From Bacteroidota bacterium (GTDB lineage: Bacteria; Bacteroidota; Bacteroidia; Chitinophagales; BACL12), in the NCBI GenBank assembly GCA_029571985.1, contig JAKQVC010000058.1, positions 9,150 to 73,149 on the forward strand: a stretch of 64,000 nt of DNA, in the 5' to 3' direction. The position numbers and the translations under genes were made by a program. Below, piece after piece: positions 19,952 through 30,347 of this stretch (position 1 is its first letter; every line of letters starts with the position of its first letter). Below the pieces are notes generated by a model, which was not told where the DNA came from, did not search any database, and worked only from the letters and a program-made list of their open reading frames with translations.

Positions 19952-21415
19952 ATGTCAAGCTTCACTCCTCTAAAAATCCTATCATTTCTGGCGGTTAGTT
20001 TTATATTGCTTGGCCTGTTGAGTTGGATATTCCCCGAAGATGGCATTGCCGTAGGAGACCATGTGAAAATTAAATTTCCAACTTTAACAGACATATTCTC
20101 AGAGGCAGAACCGGAAGCCGACATTGCCACAATCGTTGATATGGAAGTGGCTGCACCGGAGGAAGACACCATTGTAGTTCAGGAAGAGAAAATTGATTAT
20201 TCTAAAGTGCACGGAGCCCTGCCATTGGATTCAGGTATAACGATTACCGAGTACATTACCATGCAGCAAACAGGTGCCTTAGATAATTTCTTTTATGCAT
20301 TGCGTAATAGTGCTGCCGAGGGAAATTCGGTACGAATTATGCATTATGGTGATTCACAAATTGAAGTGGACCGTATTACCGGCTATATACGCAGTAGATT
20401 GCAATCTCACTTTGGCGGATCTGGTGTCGGTTTGTTGAATATTATGCCTGTTGCAGAAGGAATGGCTTTTAACACAACGTATAGCAGTAATTGGGAAAGA
20501 TACACGGCATTTACTCGAAAAGACAAACGGGTTTTACATAAAGCGTACGGACCAATGATTGCCTTTTCTCGTTATGCGCCTGTTGTAGATACCAATTCCG
20601 AATTGGGCGGACAACAGGAAGCCTGGTTGAAATTTATAAATACCAAACGCGCAGGTGCAAGAGCGTCTAATTTCACGAAATTATATTTGTTATATGGTAA
20701 TAGCATGTCGCCTGTTGCTATAAATGTTTGGGCAGATGGTGTGCAGGTTGCAGCAGATACTTTGGCAACAGATGGGTATTTACATACGTATACAGTTCAA
20801 TTACCCCAGGCACCGGTTGAGGTACAATATAATTTTAAGGGTAAGGATAGTCCTGATATTTATGGCGTTTCTTTCGAGGGCGCAACAGGTGTCATTATGG
20901 ATAATATTCCTTTGCGCGGTAGCTCGGGCGATTTTTTCACCGGTATGCAATCGGGTCAATTAAAATCATTTTATCAGCAGGCAGGTGTTGACTTGTTTCT
21001 TCTTCAATTCGGTGGAAATACAATACCATACCTGAAAGATTCCCTGCATGCACAATCTTATGCGCGTTCTATTGGCGCGCAAATTCGACATCTGAAAAAT
21101 ATGCGCCCTGAGGCAGACATTATTTTTATCGGACCATCTGATATGAGTATTAAAGATGGCGCTAATTATGTTACGCATCCTCTTATTGAACCGCTCAATA
21201 ATGCCTTGCGCAAAGAAGTGGAAGCAGCAGGCGCAGCATACTACGATATGTATGCAGCTATGGGAGGAAGAAATTCAATGGTAGCCTGGGTAAATGCAGG
21301 ATTAGCCGGCGCCGACTATACGCACTTTAGTCCTGAAGGTGCACGAAAAATAGCCGTACTGTTTTATCAGGCTTTAATTATCGAATACAATAATTATATC
21401 ATCCGGAATAGTTAG
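19952..21415 (+). CDS. membrane-anchored SGNH/GDSL-like hydrolase or acyltransferase family protein
   Basis: N-terminal TM helix from the ATG at 19952, IMHYGDSQIE (GDS block I), QFGGN and DYTHF (block V-like DxxH). It is first of three co-oriented genes ending with an MBOAT. Confidence 0.65.
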   Translation: MSSFTPLKILSFLAVSFILLGLLSWIFPEDGIAVGDHVKIKFPTLTDIFSEAEPEADIATIVDMEVAAPEEDTIVVQEEKIDYSKVHGALPLDSGITITEYITMQQTGALDNFFYALRNSAAEGNSVRIMHYGDSQIEVDRITGYIRSRLQSHFGGSGVGLLNIMPVAEGMAFNTTYSSNWERYTAFTRKDKRVLHKAYGPMIAFSRYAPVVDTNSELGGQQEAWLKFINTKRAGARASNFTKLYLLYGNSMSPVAINVWADGVQVAADTLATDGYLHTYTVQLPQAPVEVQYNFKGKDSPDIYGVSFEGATGVIMDNIPLRGSSGDFFTGMQSGQLKSFYQQAGVDLFLLQFGGNTIPYLKDSLHAQSYARSIGAQIRHLKNMRPEADIIFIGPSDMSIKDGANYVTHPLIEPLNNALRKEVEAAGAAYYDMYAAMGGRNSMVAWVNAGLAGADYTHFSPEGARKIAVLFYQALIIEYNNYIIRNS

Positions 21416-21417
21416 AA

Positions 21418-22635
21418 ATGAAGAGGATTCTTTTGCTCATATTTTTTATTAATACTGTCATAACAGGTTTCGCCCAGCAGGGTAATACCTATGCGTTTAT
21501 TAAATATGATACCAGTCGGCTCGTGTTTCCGGGTGATAGTGCAGCGATGTTAAACTTTTATAACAAACTGGATGCCTTGCGCGATGGTGAAATTGATAAA
21601 GTGGTAGTTGCACATTTTGGTGGTTCTCACATTCAGGCCGGTGTATGGTCTGAAACACTGGCTGATAGCTTTCAGGCTGTTGGCGGTTTTGTGGGTGGAG
21701 GCGCCTATTTATTTCCCTATCGATTGGTAAAAACCAATGGTCCACCATTTTATAAATCGCATGGCACTGGTACGTGGACACGTTGCAGAGCTGTGCCGAG
21801 TGAAATGTGTGAAGGATTAGGCATGTCAGGTATGTCTGCCACTACTTTTGATTCTACTGCAACTTTTGGGTTTACACTCAGACCAAATAATCATATTAAG
21901 TCTTTCCATTACATTAAACTATACTTCAATTTTAATCCGGACTACGTTCTTTCAATCCCTGAATCGTTTCCTACCGGATTTCAAAGAAGAGATTTCCCGG
22001 AAGAAGGTTATGCGCAATTCCATTTTGATGCACCAATCGACAGTATTACGTTTCAGGTGGATCGCATCGGAAATGCAGGAACGCCATTTGTGTTCAGAGG
22101 CTGGATTGTTGAAAATGAAAACCCGGGTGTCGCATATATTTCAATTGGTGTCAATGGTGCCAGTACAAACTCTTATTTACAATGTACTGAGTTTACAAAC
22201 GAAATGGCCAGTGTAAAGCCCGATTTAGTCATTTTTAGCATAGGCGTAAATGATGCGCAGGATGCAGATATTGTGTACGCCGATTTCTTTGCCCGATATG
22301 ATTCTCTTTGCGCTATTGTAAGAAGTGTTTCACCGGATTGCGCTATACTGTTTACAACCATCAGTGATAATTACATTCGGAAAAAAACTAAAAATACACG
22401 AAGTACAAAGATTAATGCTCAAATTATGGAGGTAGCTGCTAAAAATGGCGCCGCCGTTTGGGATATGTATACGGTGATGGGTGGATTGGGAAGTATTGAT
22501 AAGTGGTATCGGAGTGGCTTGGCGTCTTCTGATAGAATTCATTTTAATAACACTGGCTATAAACTTATTGGTGGTATGATGTTCGAGGCTATTCATGAAC
22601 ATTATAATGCCCACTCTACACACCATTCAAACTAA
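21418..22635 (+). CDS. SGNH/GDSL-like hydrolase family protein (secreted)
   Basis: Signal peptide, VAHFGGSHIQ, IGVNDA and DRIHF motifs. The start is 3 nt after the upstream stop. Confidence 0.65.
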   Translation: MKRILLLIFFINTVITGFAQQGNTYAFIKYDTSRLVFPGDSAAMLNFYNKLDALRDGEIDKVVVAHFGGSHIQAGVWSETLADSFQAVGGFVGGGAYLFPYRLVKTNGPPFYKSHGTGTWTRCRAVPSEMCEGLGMSGMSATTFDSTATFGFTLRPNNHIKSFHYIKLYFNFNPDYVLSIPESFPTGFQRRDFPEEGYAQFHFDAPIDSITFQVDRIGNAGTPFVFRGWIVENENPGVAYISIGVNGASTNSYLQCTEFTNEMASVKPDLVIFSIGVNDAQDADIVYADFFARYDSLCAIVRSVSPDCAILFTTISDNYIRKKTKNTRSTKINAQIMEVAAKNGAAVWDMYTVMGGLGSIDKWYRSGLASSDRIHFNNTGYKLIGGMMFEAIHEHYNAHSTHHSN

Positions 22636-22641
22636 ACTACT

Positions 22642-24312
22642 TTGGAACCCGTACTCAGTTATCTGCGTGGACTACTCGCTTTTGATCCGGAAAATCCTTT
22701 GATTTTTACGCATCTGTATTTCTGGGGGTTTTTTGCCGTGGTATTGCTTGGTTACGCAGTAGTGTATAAAAAAATAAATGCACGCACACTTTATCTGCTG
22801 GCGGCCAGTTTTTTCTTTTATTATAAAACCAGCGGCGTTTTTTTAATTCTGCTTGTTTTTACGATTATCAGCGACTACAATTGGGGCAGAGCAATTTATA
22901 AAAGCCAGGTCGAATGGAAGAGAAAGCTACTCCTGGCAGCGAGTGTTTCATTAAATTTGTTTTTATTAGGGTACTTTAAATACGCCTATTTTGTTGCGGA
23001 AAACATCAGTGTTGTTACCGGTGAAGAAGTGCATTTCTACAATCATTTTGCACACTTCACGAATACCTGGCTGGGTACAGACTTCTCAGTCGATAAATTA
23101 ATACTCCCTATTGGCATTTCCTTTTTTACCTTCCAGTCGCTTTCCTATACAATTGACCTGTACAGACGAAAAATTGAACCGGTCAAACACATATATGATT
23201 ACGGCTTCTTTGTATGCTTTTTCCCCCACCTGGTTGCTGGCCCCATTGTAAAGGCACATGATTTTATCCATCAGATTTATCAACCCTATAAACTGAGTAA
23301 GGTCGAGTTCGGCATGGCGCTGTTTTGGATTTTAAATGGATTGGGTAAAAAAATCATGGCGGATTATGTGGGTGTAAATTATGTCGACCGCATTTTTGAT
23401 AATCCCAGTTACTATAGCGGATTGGAAGTGGTTTTCGGGATATTTGGTTATTCGTTACAGATTTATGCCGACTTTTCCGGTTATACGGATATTGCGATTG
23501 GGATTGCCTTGTTATTAGGATTCAGGTTGAAGACGAATTTCTTATCCCCATATAAAGCAGTAAGCACAAGTGAGTTCTGGAAAAGATGGCATATATCTTT
23601 GAGTAGCTGGCTAAAGGAATATTTATACATTCCGCTGGGTGGGAATCGAAAAGGCACTTTAGGTTCTTATCTGGTCATCTCCTTGCTCGCATTTGTTTTG
23701 GTTTTATTATCCGGAAAATGGATTTGGCTGCTTTATTTCGCTATCGGCGCAGCAATAATTGCAATCTTCTCTTATTTCTCTGAAAAATTCCGGCACTCCG
23801 TTAATACGAATATTAATATTCTACTTACCATGTTGCTAGGCGGATTATGGCATGGCAGCAGCTGGATGTTTATTATCTGGGGTTTTCTAAACGGCGTAGG
23901 ACTCATGATTCATAAAGGGTGGGAGCGAATACGACCTTTTGGCGATCGCACCGTCAGTACGCCCGTGTACAGAGCCTTGGCAATTTTACTCACCTTGGTA
24001 TTTATCAGCTTTACGCGCATCTGGTTCAGAAGCCCTGATTTGCATACGGTTGATGTTATTTTCGATCGTATCTGGAATCATTTTGGGGGTGATTTATGGT
24101 GGAAAATACTCACTGGATATGCGGCGGTTATGTCGGTTATGGCTATTGGGTATGCCATTCACTGGATACCGGAATCTACGAAACAACTTTACCGCGATTG
24201 GTTTGCTACCCGATCCTTACCGCTTATGGTGGCCATCTGTGTATGTGTGGTGTTTCTGCTCTATCAGGCCGTGAGTTCTGATATGCAACCCTTTATTTAT
24301 TTTCAGTTTTAG
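22642..24312 (+). CDS. MBOAT-family membrane O-acyltransferase (AlgI/DltB-like)
   Basis: TTG start. It has GISFFTFQS.SY.ID.Y, FFPHLVAGPI, FW.RWHISLS.WL..Y.YIPLGGNR and LWHG motifs. Confidence 0.9.
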   Translation: MEPVLSYLRGLLAFDPENPLIFTHLYFWGFFAVVLLGYAVVYKKINARTLYLLAASFFFYYKTSGVFLILLVFTIISDYNWGRAIYKSQVEWKRKLLLAASVSLNLFLLGYFKYAYFVAENISVVTGEEVHFYNHFAHFTNTWLGTDFSVDKLILPIGISFFTFQSLSYTIDLYRRKIEPVKHIYDYGFFVCFFPHLVAGPIVKAHDFIHQIYQPYKLSKVEFGMALFWILNGLGKKIMADYVGVNYVDRIFDNPSYYSGLEVVFGIFGYSLQIYADFSGYTDIAIGIALLLGFRLKTNFLSPYKAVSTSEFWKRWHISLSSWLKEYLYIPLGGNRKGTLGSYLVISLLAFVLVLLSGKWIWLLYFAIGAAIIAIFSYFSEKFRHSVNTNINILLTMLLGGLWHGSSWMFIIWGFLNGVGLMIHKGWERIRPFGDRTVSTPVYRALAILLTLVFISFTRIWFRSPDLHTVDVIFDRIWNHFGGDLWWKILTGYAAVMSVMAIGYAIHWIPESTKQLYRDWFATRSLPLMVAICVCVVFLLYQAVSSDMQPFIYFQF

Positions 24313-24389
24313 AAGGGGTGTTTTTTATTAACATGCGTGGGAAACTGGACCGCTGATAACGGCTTCGAGTACTTAATTTAGCTCCACCT

Positions 24390-27300
24390 ATGTCTAAGTT
24401 TTCACATCTGCATAATCATACCATGTTTTCACTGCTCGATGGGGCAAGTGACATTAGCAGGTTGTATAAAAAAGCGGCGGCTGACGGTATGCCCGCTCTT
24501 GCAATTACCGACCATGGAAATATGTTTGGCGCTTTTCAGTTTGTTGCGGAAGCCTATAAACATAAAGGCGAGGATGGAAAGGTAAAAGTTAAACCTATTG
24601 TGGGTTGCGAATTTTATCTCGTGACAGATAGAACCCGAAAACAATTTTCACGCGAAGAGAAAGATATTCGATATCACCAGGTGCTCCTGGCTAAAAATGA
24701 AACGGGATACAAAAATCTCGTCAAGATGTGCTCCTTGGGATATATGGAAGGGATGTACGGAAAATATCCCCGTATCGATAAAACCCTGATTGAAAAATAT
24801 CACGAAGGACTCATCGCTACAACCTGCTGCCTCGCCGCTGAAGTTCCACGTACGATTTTGAAAAAGGGTAGGGATGAAGGTGAGAAAGTGTTTAAGTGGT
24901 GGCTTGATATTTTTGGTGACGACTACTACATCGAACTACAACGCCATGCTATCCCGGAACAGGAAACATTGAATACCATTTTGCTCGAATTAGCGGATAA
25001 GTATAATGTTAAAGTAATTGCTACAAATGATGCGCATTATGTTGACCAACAGGATGCAAATGCGCATGACATTTTACTGTGTATCAATACCGGCGAAAAG
25101 CAGGCGACTCCAAAAATGAAAGACTTTGGTGATGATGATATGATCATCAAAGGAAAACGTTTTGCATTTTATAATGACCAGTTCTATTTTAAAACACAGG
25201 CCGAAATGCAGGCCTTGTTCAGCGATGTGCCTCAGGCGCTCGATAATACGAATGAGATTGTTGATAAAATAGAATTACTCGATTTAAAAAGAGATATTCT
25301 GCTGCCGGCATTTCCAATTCCGGATACATTTAAAATCCATGATGATGCGGCGCTGAATCAGTGGGAATATCTGAAGCATTTAACTATGGAAGGAGCTAAC
25401 AAACGATATGGCTCCCTCGATGCTGAAACCGAAGAACGAATCAATTTCGAATTGTTTACCATTAAAACAATGGGGTTTGCCGGATATTTCCTGATTGTGA
25501 TGGACTTCATACGCGCCGGTCGCGATTTAGGCGTTTTTGTGGGGCCCGGTCGTGGTTCAGCAGCCGGTTCAGTGGTAGCTTATTGTATTGGTATCACAAA
25601 TATCGACCCAATAAAATATAAATTACTTTTCGAACGCTTTTTGAATCCTGACCGAAAGTCAATGCCCGATATTGATACGGACTTTGACGATGATGGCCGA
25701 CAAAAAGTGATTGATTATGTAGTGGACAAATACGGCAAAAACCAGGTAGCTCAATTAATTACCTACGGTACAATGGCGGCAAAAACCAGTATTAAAGATG
25801 TTGCCCGTGTAATGGATTTGCCAATTGCTGATAGCAACGCCTTATCAAAACTGGTACCTGAACGTCCCGGAATTTCTTTAAAGCGATTAATACAAGCCCC
25901 TATTACCGGTGAAGGAAGTTTAACAGAAAAAGAAAACCTCACCCCGGATGAAATGGCAAACGCAAAAGCCTTACGTTCAATTTATGAGGACACAAAGGAC
26001 ATGCGCAGTAATATCATTAAAGAGGCACTCGTATTGGAAGGATCAGTGCGCAATACTGGTGTGCATGCTGCCGGCCTGATTATCGCACCAAAAGACCTTA
26101 CTGAATTATTACCTATCGCCGTTGCAAAGGATTCAGCGCTCTATGTTACGCAGTTTGAGGGTGAGGTGATAGAAAGTGCCGGTGTTATCAAGATGGACTT
26201 TTTGGGTTTGCGTACCTTGTCCATTATTAAAACGGCATTAAAGCTCATTAAAGAAAATCATGGTGTCGAAATCGATATTGATACCATTCCGCTCGATGAT
26301 CTTCAAACATTTGAACTCTATCAGCGCGGTGAAACTAATGGTACTTTCCAGTTCGAAAGTCCGGGGATGCAAAAATATCTCCGCGAATTAAAACCGGATA
26401 AATTTGAAGACCTGATTGCGATGAATGCCTTGTATCGCCCGGGTCCATTAGAATATATCCCTACCTATATTAAGCGGAAACATGGTCGCGAACCTATCGA
26501 ATACGACCTGGCTGATATGGAGGAATTCCTGCAGGAAACATACGGCGTTACGGTGTATCAGGAACAGGTGATGTTGCTTTCGCAAAAATTAGCTGGGTTT
26601 ACCAAAGGTGATGCTGATACATTGCGTAAAGCGATGGGTAAAAAGCAGAAGGATGTGCTGGATAAAATGAAATCTAAATTTCTGGAAGGCGCCGCCCAGA
26701 AAAGTTTCGATAAAAAAGTATGTGAAAAAATCTGGACCGACTGGGAAGCATTCGCACAATACGCGTTTAACAAATCACATTCTACCTGTTATGCATTTGT
26801 CGCTTATCAGACAGCGTATTTAAAAGCACATTATCCGGCAGAATATATGAGTGCCGTGCTCACCCATAACCAGGGCAATATTGATAAGGTAAGTTTCTTT
26901 ATGGACGAATGCCGCCGAATGGGCGTGCCGGTATTGCCACCTGATATTAATGAATCTGATATCAATTTCTCAGTGAACACAAATGGTCAGATACGATTTG
27001 GTATGTCGGCAATTAAAGGGGTGGGAGAAAGCGCAGTTTTAGAAATCATAAAGGAACGAAAAGAGAACGGACCCTTTAATGGCTTGTTTGATGTAACCCG
27101 ACGTGTCAGCCTGCGCAGCGTGAATAAAAAAACGTTTGAAGCATTAGTGTATGCCGGGGCAATGGATAGTTTCGGTTTAAACCGCTCTCAATACTTTGGT
27201 ATTGGTAAAAATGAAACACTCAATCTCATTGAACTTGCTATTCGTTATGGCAATAATTTTAATGGCGATGCAGTGAAATCACAAGCAACCCTGTTTGGTG

Positions 27301-27998
27301 ATTCTGCAGATGTTGAAATTTCAGAACCGAAAATTCCGGAATTGCCTGAATGGAATACTATCGAAAAACTAAAAAAAGAATTCGAAGTAGTCGGCATGTA
27401 CATGAGCGGACACCCGTTAGATGATTTCAAGGTAGAAGCTGACGCATTCAAAACGGCTGTTATCCGGGATATTGAAAAGTATGCCGATAAAGGTGACGTT
27501 ACTTTAGTAGGCTATGTATCTTCAACGGATACACGTGTCGGGAAATCAGGTGATAAATACACAATTTTTCATCTGGAAGATTTCACCGGTAGCATAGAAA
27601 TCGGTTTATTTAAAAATAACTACATCAAGTTCAAAAACTATGTAGACCAAACCGGAAATGTATTATATGTACGGGGTGCCTATCAATCCGACCGCCATGA
27701 TCCTGAACGTAAAAGATTCTGGATATCAGATATCCAACTGCTTAGTGAAATGCGGGAGAAAAAGTCAATGAAGGTTACCCTTACCCTAAGCCTTCAGGAC
27801 GTAAACCGGGATCTCCTCCAAGGCCTCAGCGGGATTATGGAAAAACACCCCGGAAAGGATAGTATCATCGTAAAAGTGATTGAGCATACCGAACAAATCG
27901 ACGTACTTATGCGCAACAAAGTGGGCGGAATTTCAGCGGATAAGGAGGTTTTGAACAGTTTGGGGAAATTTGGGGAGGTCACTTTGAACCTGAGCTAG
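24390..27998 (+). CDS. dnaE: DNA polymerase III subunit alpha
   Basis: PHP domain start FSHLHNHT.FSLLDG, the GRGSAAGS..AY..GIT..DP motif and PDID.DF; 1202 aa. Confidence 0.97.
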   Translation: MSKFSHLHNHTMFSLLDGASDISRLYKKAAADGMPALAITDHGNMFGAFQFVAEAYKHKGEDGKVKVKPIVGCEFYLVTDRTRKQFSREEKDIRYHQVLLAKNETGYKNLVKMCSLGYMEGMYGKYPRIDKTLIEKYHEGLIATTCCLAAEVPRTILKKGRDEGEKVFKWWLDIFGDDYYIELQRHAIPEQETLNTILLELADKYNVKVIATNDAHYVDQQDANAHDILLCINTGEKQATPKMKDFGDDDMIIKGKRFAFYNDQFYFKTQAEMQALFSDVPQALDNTNEIVDKIELLDLKRDILLPAFPIPDTFKIHDDAALNQWEYLKHLTMEGANKRYGSLDAETEERINFELFTIKTMGFAGYFLIVMDFIRAGRDLGVFVGPGRGSAAGSVVAYCIGITNIDPIKYKLLFERFLNPDRKSMPDIDTDFDDDGRQKVIDYVVDKYGKNQVAQLITYGTMAAKTSIKDVARVMDLPIADSNALSKLVPERPGISLKRLIQAPITGEGSLTEKENLTPDEMANAKALRSIYEDTKDMRSNIIKEALVLEGSVRNTGVHAAGLIIAPKDLTELLPIAVAKDSALYVTQFEGEVIESAGVIKMDFLGLRTLSIIKTALKLIKENHGVEIDIDTIPLDDLQTFELYQRGETNGTFQFESPGMQKYLRELKPDKFEDLIAMNALYRPGPLEYIPTYIKRKHGREPIEYDLADMEEFLQETYGVTVYQEQVMLLSQKLAGFTKGDADTLRKAMGKKQKDVLDKMKSKFLEGAAQKSFDKKVCEKIWTDWEAFAQYAFNKSHSTCYAFVAYQTAYLKAHYPAEYMSAVLTHNQGNIDKVSFFMDECRRMGVPVLPPDINESDINFSVNTNGQIRFGMSAIKGVGESAVLEIIKERKENGPFNGLFDVTRRVSLRSVNKKTFEALVYAGAMDSFGLNRSQYFGIGKNETLNLIELAIRYGNNFNGDAVKSQATLFGDSADVEISEPKIPELPEWNTIEKLKKEFEVVGMYMSGHPLDDFKVEADAFKTAVIRDIEKYADKGDVTLVGYVSSTDTRVGKSGDKYTIFHLEDFTGSIEIGLFKNNYIKFKNYVDQTGNVLYVRGAYQSDRHDPERKRFWISDIQLLSEMREKKSMKVTLTLSLQDVNRDLLQGLSGIMEKHPGKDSIIVKVIEHTEQIDVLMRNKVGGISADKEVLNSLGKFGEVTLNLS

Positions 27999-28103
27999 CT
28001 AAATTTGTGCCACCTGCCGATAACCCTTGGGAACTTTTCGGGCGGGGCAGCGTTTTAGTTAATACTTAGATATTAAAATAGCAAAAACCAACTAGACCTC
28101 TTT

Positions 28104-28421
28104 ATGGCAGTAGAATTTACCGATGCAAACTTCAAGCAAACAGTGCTTGACAGTGCAAAACTTTCCGTAATCGATTTTTGGGCAGAATGGTGCGGTCCGT
28201 GCCGCGTTGTAGGCCCGGTTATTGAAGAACTTGCCAAGGATTATGATGGCAAAGTAAATATCGGAAAAGTGAATGTAGACTTTAACCCTGAAATTTCTAT
28301 GATGTACGGTATCCGTAACATCCCTACCATTCTGTTCATTAAAAATGGTCAGGTAGTCGACAAACAGGTTGGAGCCGTGCCAAAGAGTGTGCTCGATGCA
28401 AAAGTGAAGCAACATATGTAA
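28104..28421 (+). CDS. trxA: thioredoxin
   Basis: WAEWCGPCR active site; 105 aa. Confidence 0.95.
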   Translation: MAVEFTDANFKQTVLDSAKLSVIDFWAEWCGPCRVVGPVIEELAKDYDGKVNIGKVNVDFNPEISMMYGIRNIPTILFIKNGQVVDKQVGAVPKSVLDAKVKQHM

Positions 28422-28443
28422 AAACGACATATAATGTTATGAG

Positions 28444-28473
28444 GCCTTCTGTCGTTAGATAGAAGGCTTTTTT
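28444..28473 (+). terminator. rho-independent terminator after trxA
   Basis: Stem GCCTTCT / AGAAGGC (28444-28450 and 28461-28467) followed by T6. Confidence 0.6.
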
Positions 28474-28490
28474 ATTATCTTGCATCCGTC

Positions 28491-29429
28491 ATGTCGACTA
28501 AATCGCTGATTTCCTTACAAGACCTGCATCAGGTAGAACACCTGGAGCTGATTGCCCAACAGGTGGTGGAGGGATTTATTTTGGGGCTTCATAAAAGCCC
28601 GTTTCATGGTTTTTCTGTTGAGTTTGCCGAGCACCGGATTTATAACCCGGGCGAGGCAACACGTCATATCGACTGGAAAGTATTCGGCAGAACAGATAAG
28701 CTGTTTACCAAAAAATATGAGGAGGAAACGAATCTGAGATGCCAGATAGTAATTGACGCTTCCAGTAGTATGTATTTTCCTGAGCCGGATAAACAGAAGG
28801 AAGGATTGCATGTAAATAAACTCATTTTTTCTGCCATTTGCGCAAGTGCCTTAATCCACTTGCTAAAATTGCAGCGCGATGCAGCTGGCCTCACCATTTT
28901 TGCTGATGAATTATTGGTGCATACAAAAGCAGCAAGTAGCAATGTGCATCATAAAATGATACAATCCCAGCTGGAGAGTTTTATCGGTAAATCAAGCCGC
29001 AACGTAACAACCGATGCGGGAAAATGCCTGCACCAGATAGCAGATAGTGTTCATCGAAGAAGTCTCGTGGTCATCTTTAGCGATATGTTTGATGATGCCA
29101 CCAAAACGGAGGATATGTTTGCCGCACTGCAACATCTCAAGCACAATAAACATGAAGTAATTGTTTTTCATGTTACCGATAAGCGCCATGAACTGGACTT
29201 TTTATATGATAACCGCCCCTATGTTTTTGTTGATATGGAATCCGGTGAAAAAGTTCGTGTGCGAAGTAATGAAGTAAAAGCCTCTTATCAGGAAAATATG
29301 CAGGCCTACATGAAAGCACTGAAATTGCGCTGCGGCCAATACGGCATCGATTTTATTGATGCGGATATGATGGACGATTTTAGAAATGTGCTGTTGCCCT
29401 ACCTGGTGAAACGCTCCAGATTGAAATAA
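28491..29429 (+). CDS. DUF58 (vWA-like) domain protein
   Basis: G...S...G.S.EF.EHR.Y.PGD..R.IDWK...R.......Y.EE is a hallmark of DUF58. Confidence 0.8.
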   Translation: MSTKSLISLQDLHQVEHLELIAQQVVEGFILGLHKSPFHGFSVEFAEHRIYNPGEATRHIDWKVFGRTDKLFTKKYEEETNLRCQIVIDASSSMYFPEPDKQKEGLHVNKLIFSAICASALIHLLKLQRDAAGLTIFADELLVHTKAASSNVHHKMIQSQLESFIGKSSRNVTTDAGKCLHQIADSVHRRSLVVIFSDMFDDATKTEDMFAALQHLKHNKHEVIVFHVTDKRHELDFLYDNRPYVFVDMESGEKVRVRSNEVKASYQENMQAYMKALKLRCGQYGIDFIDADMMDDFRNVLLPYLVKRSRLK

Positions 29430-29539
29430 TAAATCGAATAGTTTACCGCTGCTGAAAATTTCAATCAATTGCACCATAGCGGATACCGGAATGATGAATA
29501 CTCCACTCGGGCACATGCGAAAAGTTAAGTTGACCATTC

Positions 29540-30301
29540 ATGAAATTAAATTATAAAGTCTTAGGTGAGGGGAGTCCTGTCGTAATTCTGCATGGCTTAT
29601 TTGGCATGCTCGATAATTGGATAACTTTTGGAAGAGCGCTTTCAGCCAACTATAAGGTGTTTCTTGTCGACCAGCGCAATCATGGCAATTCGCCCCACTC
29701 GGAAGCGCATAGTTATACCTTAATGGCTGAGGATTTATTAGCGTTTTGTGAAGAGCATCAATTGCAAAAAATCACATTAATTGGTCATTCCATGGGTGCT
29801 AAAACGGCTATGCGGTTTGCACTCGACAACCCGGAAAGAGTGGCTAACTTAATTGTAATTGATATGGGCGTGCAGCAATATACAGGTGGGCATGAAACCA
29901 TATTCAGGGCATTGCGGACACTTGATCTGGAGTCTGTTACATCGCGCAAAGAAGCCGAATTTGCACTTACAGAATTAATTCCTGAACCGGGTGTAAGACA
30001 GTTTTTATTAAAAAATTTGCATCGGACAGAGGACAACACCTACGAATGGAAGTTTAATCTGGAGGCTTTATATCAACATTATGCTGAAACCTTATCCGGC
30101 ATAACAGCATCCGAACCGTACTATGGAAAAGTAACCTGCATCAGAGGCGGAAATTCAGGCTATGTGCAGGATGCAGATTGGGATGCATTCACGGCAATTT
30201 TCCCGAATGCACAATTATTTACTGTTCCGGATGCTGGTCATTGGGTGCATGCAGATCAACCGGAAGCATTGTTGACTTTGGTTGAAAAGATAATAGCATA
30301 A
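29540..30301 (+). CDS. alpha/beta-fold hydrolase (YbfF-like esterase)
   Basis: HGLFG oxyanion region, the GHSMG nucleophile elbow and a C-terminal GHW.H. Confidence 0.8.
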   Translation: MKLNYKVLGEGSPVVILHGLFGMLDNWITFGRALSANYKVFLVDQRNHGNSPHSEAHSYTLMAEDLLAFCEEHQLQKITLIGHSMGAKTAMRFALDNPERVANLIVIDMGVQQYTGGHETIFRALRTLDLESVTSRKEAEFALTELIPEPGVRQFLLKNLHRTEDNTYEWKFNLEALYQHYAETLSGITASEPYYGKVTCIRGGNSGYVQDADWDAFTAIFPNAQLFTVPDAGHWVHADQPEALLTLVEKIIA

Positions 30302-30330
30302 AAAAAGACTGCGATAAGCAGTCTTTTTTA
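30301..30330. terminator. bidirectional hairpin terminator between convergent genes
   Basis: An A-run, the stem AGACTGC / GCAGTCT (30306-30312 and 30318-30324), then a T-run. It lies between the hydrolase stop and the hppD stop. Confidence 0.6.
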
Positions 30331-30347
30331 TATTGTCTTAAAAAGAA

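Noticed and set aside
28000-28020. TGGCAC-N5-TAGC on the minus strand
   Set aside because: It points into the antisense of the dnaE 3' end, with no downstream gene. It is probably a chance match.
28092-28430. 112-aa ORF antisense to trxA, and the many other 60-120-aa antisense ORFs inside dnaE, clpC, gpmI, dnaX and others
   Set aside because: Each lies fully within a well-supported conserved gene on the opposite strand. They are typical shadow ORFs.
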